The notes beneath the pieces are model-generated. The model made no database searches. It was not told where the DNA came from and saw only the letters and a program-made list of their open reading frames with translations. Source: Thermoanaerobaculia bacterium (GTDB lineage Bacteria > Acidobacteriota > Thermoanaerobaculia > Gp7-AA8). From it: DNA of 64,000 bases. Below, one piece after another: positions 17,506 to 26,507 of the stretch. Each line of letters opens with the position of its first letter. The stretch's first letter is position 1. Location of the stretch: assembly GCA_035636095.1 (NCBI GenBank), contig DASPZU010000066.1:16545-80544 (forward strand), written 5' to 3'. Both the position numbers and the translations under genes were made by a program.

Positions 17506-18426
17506 ATGCCGGAGTGGCTGCTCCTCATCCATCAACTTCCACCGACCCCAAACTATCTGCGCGTAAAGGTCGCCCGTCGCATGCAGCGAATCGGCGCGGT
17601 GGCGATCAAGAACACTGTCTACGCACTTCCGGCGACCGAGAGCGCTCTCGAGGATTTCCAGTGGACCGTGCGCCAGATTCGCGCGGACGGCGGCGAAGCG
17701 AATCTGTTCGAGGCTCGAGTCATCGAAGGGCTGAGCGACGGCGAGATTCAGCAGCTCTTCAACGCCGCTCGCGATGAGGACTACGAGGCGATCGCATCCG
17801 AAGCGCGCTCGCTCGATCGAGAAGACGGGCAGCGACTGGCGCTCGACATCGTGCGGCTGAGAAAACGCATTGCCGACGTGCAATCGATCGATTTCTTCGG
17901 CGCGCCGAAGGGGCAGCTCGCCGTTGCAGTCTTAGAAGAGCTCGCACGATCCATCGAAGAGCCGACGCAAGCGTCGTCGGAAGCAGAACGCAGCGAGACC
18001 TATCGCGACCGGACTTGGGTGACCCGCGCGGGCGTGCACGTCGATCGTATGGCAAGCGCATGGCTGATCCGCCGTTTTGTCGATCCGGAGGCGCGCTTCA
18101 AATTCGTGACGGAGAAACAATATGCGCCCAAAGACGGTGAGGTGCGCTTCGACATGTTCAACGCTGAGTTCACGCATGAGGGTGATCGCTGCACGTTCGA
18201 AGTCCTGATCGATCGCATGAGCCTGGATGATCCCGCACTCCGCACGATCGCTGAAGTCGTCCACGACATCGATTTGAAAGAGGCGAAGTTCGATCGGCCC
18301 GAAACGTCGGGAATCGCAGTGATGGTCGCCAGCATCGCCATGGCGCATCGCGACGATGAGGAGCGCATCGCGCGAGCCGCCGCCGTTTTGGAGGATTTGT
18401 ATGTCTACTACCAAAAGAAGCGTTAG
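17506..18426 (+). CDS. ChrB-like chromate resistance regulator family protein
   Basis: 'LLLIHQLPPTPNYLRVKVARRMQRIGAVAIKNTVYALP' matches the ChrB N-terminal domain, and '..WVTRAGVHVDRMASAWLIRRFVDP..' matches the C-terminal Chrome_Resist-type domain. Confidence 0.75.
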   Translation: MPEWLLLIHQLPPTPNYLRVKVARRMQRIGAVAIKNTVYALPATESALEDFQWTVRQIRADGGEANLFEARVIEGLSDGEIQQLFNAARDEDYEAIASEARSLDREDGQRLALDIVRLRKRIADVQSIDFFGAPKGQLAVAVLEELARSIEEPTQASSEAERSETYRDRTWVTRAGVHVDRMASAWLIRRFVDPEARFKFVTEKQYAPKDGEVRFDMFNAEFTHEGDRCTFEVLIDRMSLDDPALRTIAEVVHDIDLKEAKFDRPETSGIAVMVASIAMAHRDDEERIARAAAVLEDLYVYYQKKR

Positions 18427-18455
18427 GCGGGATGATCCCGCAGAAGGAGAGCTTG

Positions 18456-19331
18456 ATGCGCATGTTCAAATCCATCTTGTCAATGTTGGCCCTGTTCGCT
18501 CTTGCCGCCGCCACGACGAAGGAAGATTGGAAAGATGTCGAAGCTGCACTCGGGCGGGTTGGCACAAAGCAACCTGACGGCGCCTATAAAGTGAGCTTTC
18601 CGCGCGGCGATCTCTCAGTGACCGCGGACGGCGTCGCCATCAAACCCGCGCTGGCCCTCGGGTCATGGGCGGCGTTCAGTGAGAGCGGCGCTCACTCCAT
18701 GGCGATGGGCGATCTCGTCCTGCTCGAATCCGAGGTCAATCCGGTAATCACTGAGCTGCAAAAAGGAGGGATGGAGGCCACCGCTATTCACAATCACCTG
18801 ATCGGGGAGTCGCCGCGGGTGATGTATGTGCACTTCAGCGGCCACGGCGACGCGACCGCCATTGCGCGAACGCTGCACAACGCGCTCGCCATGACGAAGA
18901 CGCCGATGGGACCGCCGGCTGCACCCGCCGCCGCGCAACTCGATCTTCCGACCTCCGATCTCGATCGAATCATGGGCCATCCCGGCAAGGCCAATGGCGG
19001 CGCATATCAGTTCGGCATTCCTCGCGTGGAGAAGATCACCGAGCATGGAATGACCATCCCGGCATCCATGGGCTTGGCGACCGCCATCAATTTTCAGCCA
19101 ACCGGCAATGGTCGAGCGGCGATATCGGGCGATTTCGTGTTGGTTGCATCCGAAGTCAACCCCGTGATACGCGCGCTGCAGGCTGGCGGGATCGCCGTGA
19201 CCGCGTTGCACAGCCACATGCTGGAAGAACAGCCGCGGCTCTTCTTCATGCACTTCTGGGCAAACGACGACGCGAGCAAACTGGCGACCGCACTGCGGTC
19301 GGCGCTCGATCGCATGCACGTCAAAAAATGA
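18456..19331 (+). CDS. DUF1259 (LppY/LpqO) family secreted protein
   Basis: ATG 18456 is preceded by AAGGAG (18444-18449). There is a signal peptide and a duplicated 'GG..(A/V)TA(I/L)HNH/HSH' module. Confidence 0.7.
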   Translation: MRMFKSILSMLALFALAAATTKEDWKDVEAALGRVGTKQPDGAYKVSFPRGDLSVTADGVAIKPALALGSWAAFSESGAHSMAMGDLVLLESEVNPVITELQKGGMEATAIHNHLIGESPRVMYVHFSGHGDATAIARTLHNALAMTKTPMGPPAAPAAAQLDLPTSDLDRIMGHPGKANGGAYQFGIPRVEKITEHGMTIPASMGLATAINFQPTGNGRAAISGDFVLVASEVNPVIRALQAGGIAVTALHSHMLEEQPRLFFMHFWANDDASKLATALRSALDRMHVKK

Positions 19332-19765
19332 AGTGGGTCACGCGCAGTCGGATCCACGTCAACCGCACCGCGACGGCGTGGCTGATCCGTCGGTTCATCG
19401 ATCCGGGTGCGGAGATCGCATTCGTCGCGCCGGAGGAAGTCGCCGCGGTTCAGCAGCGGGACAATGCCATCGGCTTCGACGCACCGGGATCGCGATACCC
19501 GCATCAGGATGAACGCGGGAGGTGCTCGTTCGAACAGCTCGTCGATGAGCACTTCCCCGGCGACATCGCACTGAAGCGCCTGGCGCTCATCGTCCACGGC
19601 GCCGACTTTCCGAAAGAGATCGACATCACGCCAGAGTCCGCAGGCTTATGGGCCGTCAGCCAGGGATTTGGCGATCAGGTGGCCAAAGACGACGCCGAAA
19701 TCGTCGACCGCGCATCCTTTATTTATGACGCGCTGCTCGTGCATCTGAGACGACGAAGCGTTTGA
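19328..19765 (+). CDS. chromate-resistance (ChrB C-terminal domain only) protein
   Basis: 'MKWVTRSRIHVNRTATAWLIRRFIDPGAEIAFV' parallels the C-terminal domain of the 17506 gene. ATGA overlap with the upstream stop. Confidence 0.7.
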   Translation: MKWVTRSRIHVNRTATAWLIRRFIDPGAEIAFVAPEEVAAVQQRDNAIGFDAPGSRYPHQDERGRCSFEQLVDEHFPGDIALKRLALIVHGADFPKEIDITPESAGLWAVSQGFGDQVAKDDAEIVDRASFIYDALLVHLRRRSV

Positions 19766-19790
19766 AAGAAGCCCGTTCGGTATGTTATGA

Positions 19791-20213
19791 GTGCCGCCCA
19801 TCATGAACTGGAAATTGATTTTCGGATTGTCGCTCTTCGGGCTGGCCATGGCCATCGCCACCGTGTTCGTGATTCCGTCGAATATCGAGCCCATCTTCTG
19901 GCTCGTCATCTTCATCGTATGCGCCGTGCTCATCGCGCGAAATCTATCGGCGCGCCATTTTCTTCACGGCCTGCTGGTGGGCATCGTCAATAGTATCTGG
20001 GTGACCGGAGCCCACATCCTGTTTTTCTCGGCCTACATCGCGAACCATCCGAAAGAAGCGGCGATGATGAAAAACATGCCCCTACCGAACTCGCCGCAAT
20101 TGATGATGGCGCTGACCGGCCCCGTGGTCGGGGCTGTGTCAGGCATCGTGTTGGGATTATTTGCCTTCATCGCGAGCAAATTCATTCGCCCGCGGCGCGC
20201 CTCGTCAACCTAA
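19791..20213 (+). CDS. hypothetical integral membrane protein
   Basis: Four hydrophobic helices. The start could be ATG 19803 (MNWKLIFG..). Confidence 0.5.
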   Translation: MPPIMNWKLIFGLSLFGLAMAIATVFVIPSNIEPIFWLVIFIVCAVLIARNLSARHFLHGLLVGIVNSIWVTGAHILFFSAYIANHPKEAAMMKNMPLPNSPQLMMALTGPVVGAVSGIVLGLFAFIASKFIRPRRASST

Positions 20214-20495
20214 CTGGATCGTCTCGAGTTTCGAATCTGCTTTCGGGATCAGCGACTGATAGAAGGCCTTCAGCTCGGGTTGTGACCAGCCATTGAACAT
20301 TCCGTCGCCGACATATTTCAGATCGTCGAGCATCACGATGACGCCTTTGCTCTGATCGCATTTGATCTCCATCCGCCAACCACCGCGGACATGCTCGAGG
20401 GAAAGGCAACGCGCACCGGTGACCGTCGGTTTTTGGGCGAGCGAGGGGAGGGCAACCAGAATCAGAATGAGGACACCGAGGGCAGTGCGTTTCAT
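20205..20495 (-). CDS. hypothetical small secreted protein
   Basis: ATG 20495 is preceded by AAGGAG. Signal peptide 'MKRTALGVLILILVALPSLAQ'. Confidence 0.5.
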   Translation of the reverse strand: MKRTALGVLILILVALPSLAQKPTVTGARCLSLEHVRGGWRMEIKCDQSKGVIVMLDDLKYVGDGMFNGWSQPELKAFYQSLIPKADSKLETIQLG

Positions 20496-20497
20496 TC

Positions 20498-20695
20498 TTA
20501 TTTTCTCCTTCTCGAATAAGTACAAGGGATCGGGGAGGAAAGTTGGAGGCGCGCTGATCTCGTTGTGCCCGTTTGGGTTACAGCAACGGCGCGGACATGA
20601 GTCTTGACCGTCTCCGGCGAAATGCCGATCTCGCTTCCGATGGCCCGCTGGGAGAGTCTGCCAATGTGAGGATCATGGCAGCTGATGAGTCTCAT
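20498..20695 (-). pseudogene. LuxR-type HTH remnant
   Basis: 'LSQRAIGSEIGISPETVKTHV' is a LuxR HTH core, but there is no receiver or ligand domain and the tail is degenerate. Confidence 0.35.
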
Positions 20696-20986
20696 GGATG
20701 TCGAGGATTACGCAGGAGCGATCGGCCAGTGTCATCGCGTCCTGCGCGATGGCGGTGCGCCGGTCTCGCATTGGATTCGCGATGGGTTTGAACGCGTCGC
20801 GTGGCAGGACAAGATCGCAAAACAATTCCGCGCGCCGGTGCTGCGTCGTCATCGCCGTTGGAGCACTACATCACTGGTGCGCTGCGTGCAGGACTCATCC
20901 TCCAGGAATTGCGGATGTCGACGCGTTTTGAAAAAATCGCCCGCGTACCCTATTTTCTTTTCATGCCATGGCTAAAAAACAGATGA
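20685..20986 (+). pseudogene. class I SAM-methyltransferase C-terminal remnant with frameshift
   Basis: 'DVEDYAGAIGQCHRVLRDGGAPV' (frame of 20685) continues in another frame as 'PLEHYITGALRAGLILQEL' (frame of 20801). No SAM-binding N-terminus is present. Confidence 0.4.
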
Positions 20987-21294
20987 TTACTACGACGTCG
21001 TTGGCACTCTTGCTCGTCTGCAGCGCTGCCCTGGCCGATGCCGGCCCCGACGGCGGCGCGATTTACAAAACGAATTGCGCAATTTGTCATGGCGTTGACG
21101 GCAAGGGCCAGACGCCCGTCGGCCGATCGCTGAAAGTCAAGGACCTCGGCTCGGCGGAGGTGCAGAAGCTGAGCAATGCCGAAATGCAGAAGGTCATCGC
21201 TGACGGCAAGGGAACGATGCCTGCTTTCAAGGATAAGCTCGATCAAGCCAGAATCGATGCCCTCATCGCCTTTATTCGGACATTGAAGAAGTAA
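20968..21294 (+). CDS. class I c-type cytochrome
   Basis: Signal peptide, haem motif 'CAICH' and a distal 'GTMPAF' Met ligand region; 108 aa. Confidence 0.85.
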   Translation: MAKKQMITTTSLALLLVCSAALADAGPDGGAIYKTNCAICHGVDGKGQTPVGRSLKVKDLGSAEVQKLSNAEMQKVIADGKGTMPAFKDKLDQARIDALIAFIRTLKK

Positions 21295-21299
21295 CAGAC

Positions 21300-21321
21300 C
21301 TACCCCGACGGGTAGCTTTCT
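21300..21321 (+). terminator. weak hairpin after cytochrome c
   Basis: CTACCC-cgac-GGGTAG (21300-21315) followed by CTTTCT. The stem is short and the U-tract is poor. Confidence 0.25.
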
Positions 21322-21407
21322 GCCCATCCGACGACGCTCAAAAGACCACCCGATCGCAGATCGTCTGACAGCGTTCGCGTCTCCACAATGCATGGTGGAG
21401 GCAGAAC

Positions 21408-22643
21408 ATGAACATCAAGAAACTCACACTGACATTGTTTGCGATGGAATTGCTCGCGTCGGTCCCGGCGCAGGCGCAGCTCAAGGTCTCCGACTCGGAG
21501 ACTTCCAAGCTGTTCATCATCCTCAACACCGTTGGCACGGCGCAGGCGCTGCATCAGGCCAATGCGTTCGACTCCAAAGGAACGGACCTCGGCAGGCTGT
21601 CCTACGGAATGCAGACGGCATACGGCGACCTGGGATTTCTCGGACAGTTCGGCAAAAAGCAGGAAGTCGAGGTTTACTTCGATCTCTACCTCGCCAGCCG
21701 TAACCATCCCTCGACCACGTACGGGAATCAAGGCTATCTCCTCGTGAAGGATGTGCCGGAGAACCTGCAGTCGCTGAGCTTTCTGAAGCCGATCTTCAAG
21801 CGTGTCGATCTGAAAGCGGGCGCGTTCCTGGTCGACTTCGGCGATCAGCAGGAGTGGCGCTCGAACAACGCGTTGGTCCAGAAGAATCCTCTGGTCGGCA
21901 ACTTCGTGATCGATCCGAATTTTGTCTCGGTCGGTATGCAGGCGATGAGCAAACCCGGACGCTTCGGATGGGTGGCCGCAGTTTCCAACGGCACCAACAC
22001 GGAAGATTTCAACAGCGGGCGCGGTAATGCCATCAATGGAAAGCTTTTCGCGTATCCGATCAAGCCGCTGCGTCTCTCCGGCTCGTTCTATCGCGTCAAC
22101 CACGACCAATCGTCCACCAGCCGCGCCACCCTCTTCTCCGGCAACAGAAGCGGTGAACGTTACGGCGCGGTGTTAGGCGGCGGACAGGCGCCTGGCGACG
22201 TGCTCCCGAACACCGGCAAAGACCTGGCCGCATTTCAGGGCGACGTGACTTATGACTCGGCAACCATCCCGGTGAAGTTGTACGCCCATTATGGTGTGAC
22301 GCGCGACAACGATGTGAATGGCCCGGCGCCCGGAACACCGAGAGAGCGTTGGTCGTACTACGCCGGGCAAGGAGTCTACAAGATCACGCCGACTCTTTAT
22401 GGCGCGGTGCGCTACAGCGGCGCAAACGCAAACAAGATCGCGGGCCTCAGCTCGGACGGAAAGGTCAACCGCCTGCAAATCGGAGGTGGCCTCTGGATGA
22501 CCAGGAACCTGCTGGCCAAGGTCGAATACGTCAATCAGAAATACAGCGGGTTTGCAAACGGTGTCGTGCTCAACAATGGCATCGCGGCCTGGCGCAACCC
22601 GAGCTTCAAGGGCGTTGTCTCTGAAGTCAGCTTTGCGTTCTGA
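21408..22643 (+). CDS. putative outer-membrane beta-barrel porin
   Basis: Signal peptide 'LLASVPAQAQ', alternating beta-strand pattern and a C-terminal aromatic '..VSEVSFAF'. Confidence 0.6.
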   Translation: MNIKKLTLTLFAMELLASVPAQAQLKVSDSETSKLFIILNTVGTAQALHQANAFDSKGTDLGRLSYGMQTAYGDLGFLGQFGKKQEVEVYFDLYLASRNHPSTTYGNQGYLLVKDVPENLQSLSFLKPIFKRVDLKAGAFLVDFGDQQEWRSNNALVQKNPLVGNFVIDPNFVSVGMQAMSKPGRFGWVAAVSNGTNTEDFNSGRGNAINGKLFAYPIKPLRLSGSFYRVNHDQSSTSRATLFSGNRSGERYGAVLGGGQAPGDVLPNTGKDLAAFQGDVTYDSATIPVKLYAHYGVTRDNDVNGPAPGTPRERWSYYAGQGVYKITPTLYGAVRYSGANANKIAGLSSDGKVNRLQIGGGLWMTRNLLAKVEYVNQKYSGFANGVVLNNGIAAWRNPSFKGVVSEVSFAF

Positions 22644-22655
22644 GAGGGTAATGCC

Positions 22656-23261
22656 ATGAAAACGAAAACACTGATCGTCCTTCTGATGGTGGCAACCATT
22701 GTGGCGGCCACCGAACGCGCTCGCTTCGTTCCGGCATCGAACAGCACGGTCAGGATCACCGGCACATCGACGCTGCATGAGTGGGCGATGGAAGGCACAA
22801 CGATCAACGGAGGCATCGAGATCGCTCCTGAGATCGCATCCGATCCGACTGATGCAAACTCATGGAAGAGCAACGAGCCACTCCAGGTCTCGGTCACGAT
22901 TCCGGTAAGTACGCTGAAGAGCGATCACGATCGCATGACCAACATCATGCGCGACGCCATGAAGGCCGCCAAATATCCCGACATCCGATACCAGCTCATC
23001 GAAGCTGATCCGCCGGAAGGTCGTTCCGATCACTTCACGATCAAGACGAAAGGCAAACTCACAATCAGTGGTGTAACGCGCGACATCGAGATGAACGTGG
23101 TCGCGACGCGCGATGCCGGCGACCGCTTCACGCTCGCCGGCGAGGCGCCGATCCGCATGACCGACTTCGGCATCACGCCGCCGATCACGATGCTCGGTGC
23201 TCTCAAGACCGGCGATCAGGTCAAGGTCGCATTCCGTTGGATCGTTGATCGGGTGCAATGA
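22656..23261 (+). CDS. YceI family protein
   Basis: 'STVRITGTSTLHEWAMEGTTINGGIEI' and '..FTIKTKGKLTISGVTRDIEMNV' are YceI-like lipid-binding barrel motifs. Confidence 0.75.
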   Translation: MKTKTLIVLLMVATIVAATERARFVPASNSTVRITGTSTLHEWAMEGTTINGGIEIAPEIASDPTDANSWKSNEPLQVSVTIPVSTLKSDHDRMTNIMRDAMKAAKYPDIRYQLIEADPPEGRSDHFTIKTKGKLTISGVTRDIEMNVVATRDAGDRFTLAGEAPIRMTDFGITPPITMLGALKTGDQVKVAFRWIVDRVQ

Positions 23262-23935
23262 CCATGAACTCTCTGATGTGCTTTGCGGCAACGGCCGCGA
23301 TGCTTTGCGCAACGAACGGTGTCGCGACGACGACACGCCTGACTGTCGCACCGCGAAGCACGCTTCTTCTCCAGGGCTCGTCGAATCTCGCCAAGTGGCG
23401 CTGTAGCGGCTCGACTCTCAATGGCTCCATGTACGTCGCTGCCCCGATCGAGAAGATCAATGCGGTCATCGATCGTATCGAGGAGGGGGACGTCGGAGCA
23501 TGGATGTCCGAACCGGCCGCCGCAACGTTTCCGCAACCGCGATTCGAGCTGACAATCCCGATTGAAGCATTGCGCTGCACAGGCGGCCGGCCGATGGAAC
23601 GCGATCTGGTCGCAGCGCTGAAGGCGGCACATTATCCCGACATCACTTTCCGCTTCGTGAGGCTCAAGGGCGGCGTGGAACACGACATCGACCGTCATTT
23701 GTATCGCGTGGTGATCCTCGGTGAGATCTCGCTCGCCGGAACCACGCGCGATGTGGAAATTGTCGCGACGGCGGAGCGGCTGGCATCAGACCGCTTTCGA
23801 ATCCAGGCTGCGCTGCCCCTTCGCATGACCGATTTCGGCGTCAATCCTCCGCGCGCGCTCCTTGGCCTCCTGCGTGCCGCCGATGACTTGACGGTGGAGA
23901 TGGACCTTTTCCTTCAGGTCGACAGCCATGCTTGA
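23258..23935 (+). CDS. YceI-like protein (divergent paralogue)
   Basis: 'STLLLQGSSNLAKWRCSGSTLNGSMYV' and '..ILGEISLAGTTRDVEIVA'. ATGA overlap with the upstream stop. Confidence 0.65.
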   Translation: MTMNSLMCFAATAAMLCATNGVATTTRLTVAPRSTLLLQGSSNLAKWRCSGSTLNGSMYVAAPIEKINAVIDRIEEGDVGAWMSEPAAATFPQPRFELTIPIEALRCTGGRPMERDLVAALKAAHYPDITFRFVRLKGGVEHDIDRHLYRVVILGEISLAGTTRDVEIVATAERLASDRFRIQAALPLRMTDFGVNPPRALLGLLRAADDLTVEMDLFLQVDSHA

Positions 23936-25346
23936 CAGCGTGCCGGAGGTATTCGGGATCCACCCGGCGATGCCACCTGATGCACAATCGGCGGTGGCAA
24001 ATGCCAGACTGGATATGGACCTGAAGCGACTTCGATGGATTGCGGTCGCGGCACCGCTGATGATCGTGATCGCGCTGGAGGTGATCCGCGCAGCGACGGC
24101 GGGTGAAGTTCCGTTGCAGACGCGTTTGGTGCTCGATGCAGTCGTGGTGGTTGCCTTCGCAATCTTCGGCGTTGTCATGGTGCGCGCGATTGGAGACATC
24201 AATGAGCAGCTCAAGCGCCAGAATCGCGAGCTGCTCGCCCTTCACAGCGCTGGTCTCGACGTGGCGGCCGAGCTCTCGCTCGATGCAGTATTGAAAAAAG
24301 TGGTCGATCAGGCGCGCAACCTCGTCGGCGCCAAGTACGGAGCACTCTCTGTGGTCGATGCAGAGCAGGGTCGAATCAAATCATTCTTGACCTCCGGGAT
24401 CACGCCCGAGGAGCGCGAAGCGATCGGACCGCCTCCTGTCGGCCACGGCGTTCTCGGGGTGGTGTTGCACGAGGGTCAGCGACTTCGACTCGAAGATATC
24501 GCCAAGCATCCGCGCTCGGTCGGTTTCCCTGCGAATCATCCGATGATGCGCACGCTGCTCGCTGTTCCGATCACCTGCAAGAGTCCTTTCGTCGGCAATC
24601 TTTATCTGGCCGAGAAAGAAAATGACGAGCGATTCACCGACGATGACGAGAAGACGCTCGAGCGCTTCGCAGTGCAGGCAGCCATCGCGATCGACAACGC
24701 GCATTTGCATCAGCAAGTCGGCGATCTGGCGGTTGCTCAAGAGCGCCTGAGAATCGCACACGAGATGCATGACGGCATCGCGCAGGTCTTGGGGTATGTA
24801 AACACGAAAGTCCAGGCGGCCAACGAATACCTGCGCCGCGGAAAGAACGAGGAGGCAAGTGGCCAGCTTCGAGAGCTGGCCGTTGCGGCTCGAGAAGCGT
24901 ATGGCGACGTTCGTGAGGCGATCGTCGATTTGCGAACGTTGCCCAGTCCGCAGCAATCGTTCGCTGATGCAATGCGGGAGTACATCAATCGATGGAAAGA
25001 ACAGACAGGCATCAGCACTCACGTCACGATCGATGGTGACCTTTCATTGAACGCCGGCGCGGAGCTGCAGCTCGTCCGCATCATTCAGGAATCGCTGGCC
25101 AACGTCCGCAAGCATGCCCGGGCTACGACCGCGACCGTCGACGTGCGCCGGCGCGATGGTGGACTCGAAGTCACAATTGCCGACGATGGAATCGGATTCA
25201 ATCCCGGTGCGCGCGGGCGAGGCGATTTCCCTCAATTCGGTCTGCCGACAATGCAGGAACGTGCGGCGACCATCGGGGGCAAATTGGAAATTGAAAGCCG
25301 CCCTGGACGCGGCACGACCGTTCGTCTGCACATGCCGCTAACCTGA
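23928..25346 (+). CDS. GAF-domain sensor histidine kinase (HisKA_3)
   Basis: Two TM helices, a GAF region, H-box 'RLRIAHEMHDGIAQVLG', and ATPase boxes 'ESLANVRKHA', 'DDGIGF', 'FGLPTMQERA'. Confidence 0.85.
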   Translation: MLDSVPEVFGIHPAMPPDAQSAVANARLDMDLKRLRWIAVAAPLMIVIALEVIRAATAGEVPLQTRLVLDAVVVVAFAIFGVVMVRAIGDINEQLKRQNRELLALHSAGLDVAAELSLDAVLKKVVDQARNLVGAKYGALSVVDAEQGRIKSFLTSGITPEEREAIGPPPVGHGVLGVVLHEGQRLRLEDIAKHPRSVGFPANHPMMRTLLAVPITCKSPFVGNLYLAEKENDERFTDDDEKTLERFAVQAAIAIDNAHLHQQVGDLAVAQERLRIAHEMHDGIAQVLGYVNTKVQAANEYLRRGKNEEASGQLRELAVAAREAYGDVREAIVDLRTLPSPQQSFADAMREYINRWKEQTGISTHVTIDGDLSLNAGAELQLVRIIQESLANVRKHARATTATVDVRRRDGGLEVTIADDGIGFNPGARGRGDFPQFGLPTMQERAATIGGKLEIESRPGRGTTVRLHMPLT

Positions 25347-25362
25347 GTCATACTTCAATCCA

Positions 25363-26028
25363 ATGCGCATCGTGATCGCCGACGACCACTCGCTGTTTCG
25401 CGACGGCCTGAAGAGCCTCTTGCAGGCTGAAGGGCACGAGGTCATCGGCGAGGCGCGCGACGGCGTGGAGGCAGTCGAGCTCACAAAACGGTTGCATCCG
25501 GAGGTTGTTCTGATGGACCTGAGCATGCCGCGCATGGACGGCCTGGCCGCAACCCGGACGCTGGTCAGCGAAATGCCGGGGGTGAAGGTCATCATCCTGA
25601 CCGCCTCCGACGACGACGCGAAGTTGTTCGACGCCATCAAAGCGGGCGCGCAGGGATATCTGTTAAAAAATCTCGAGGCCGACGATTTCTTCTCGCTGCT
25701 CGATCGTGCCAGTCATGGCGAGCCGGCACTGACTCCGAACCTCGCGCGAAAATTGCTGCAGGAATTCGCGAAGCCTGAAGCTGCGCCGAGTACCGAGAAT
25801 CCCGATGCGCTCACCGAGCGCGAACGCGAAGTTCTGGAGCTGATGGTCGAAGGGGTCACGTCGAATCGTAAGCTCGCGAGACGCCTCAACGTGAGCGAGA
25901 ACACGGTGAAGTTTCACGTGCGCAACATCCTCGACAAGTTGCGACTCCATACCCGCGCCGAGGCAGTCGGTTACGCGCTGCGCAAGAAAATCGTCGATCC
26001 GCGCGGAAGCGGCCATGAACGTTCATGA
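25363..26028 (+). CDS. response regulator, NarL/LuxR family
   Basis: 'MRIVIADDHSLFRDG..VVLMDLSMP' REC domain plus 'TEREREVLELMVEGVTSNRKLARRLNVSENTVKFHV' HTH. Confidence 0.85.
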   Translation: MRIVIADDHSLFRDGLKSLLQAEGHEVIGEARDGVEAVELTKRLHPEVVLMDLSMPRMDGLAATRTLVSEMPGVKVIILTASDDDAKLFDAIKAGAQGYLLKNLEADDFFSLLDRASHGEPALTPNLARKLLQEFAKPEAAPSTENPDALTEREREVLELMVEGVTSNRKLARRLNVSENTVKFHVRNILDKLRLHTRAEAVGYALRKKIVDPRGSGHERS

Positions 26029-26500
26029 TCGCGTGGGGGAGACCTCCGAGATTCTTCCTCATGCTGCGCGCGTATTCGAAATCCTTGGCATCGACTACTG
26101 CCGCCATCGGGAACGGTCGCTTCGCGATGCATTCGCTGCTGCCGGCGTGGACGCGGACGAAGCGTCGGAACTGCTGAGACCAGGCTCGACGCTGCCATCC
26201 AGTGAGCCGCCGGCAGACCTTCGCAAGGCTTCACTGCGCGAGATCACTGCGTTCGTCGTGCAAAATCACCATCGCCGTGCGCGCCACATGTTGGTGAATC
26301 TCACATTGCTGGCGGCGGAAGCAGCTTCCGGTCACGAACAGATCCGGCCGCTCGAGGAGTGGATCGCGCGCATCGCGCGTGAATTCGTGCCGCACATGCG
26401 CCGCGAAGAGCAGTATCTCTTCCCTTACATCGATTCCATCGAGCGCGAGAGAACGATGTCCTCTTCCCGCGCGCGATTGAAGCTGAGCGGCGTGCGATGA
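26015..26500 (+). CDS. ScdA_N + hemerythrin-like (RIC-type) protein, C-terminally short
   Basis: 'AARVFEILGIDYCRHRERSL' is ScdA_N-like, and 'HHRRAR..EFVPHMRREEQYLFPYI' is the first hemerythrin half. At 161 aa it seems to lack the second His/Glu half. Confidence 0.5.
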   Translation: MNVHDRVGETSEILPHAARVFEILGIDYCRHRERSLRDAFAAAGVDADEASELLRPGSTLPSSEPPADLRKASLREITAFVVQNHHRRARHMLVNLTLLAAEAASGHEQIRPLEEWIARIAREFVPHMRREEQYLFPYIDSIERERTMSSSRARLKLSGVR

Positions 26501-26507
26501 ACGGCGC

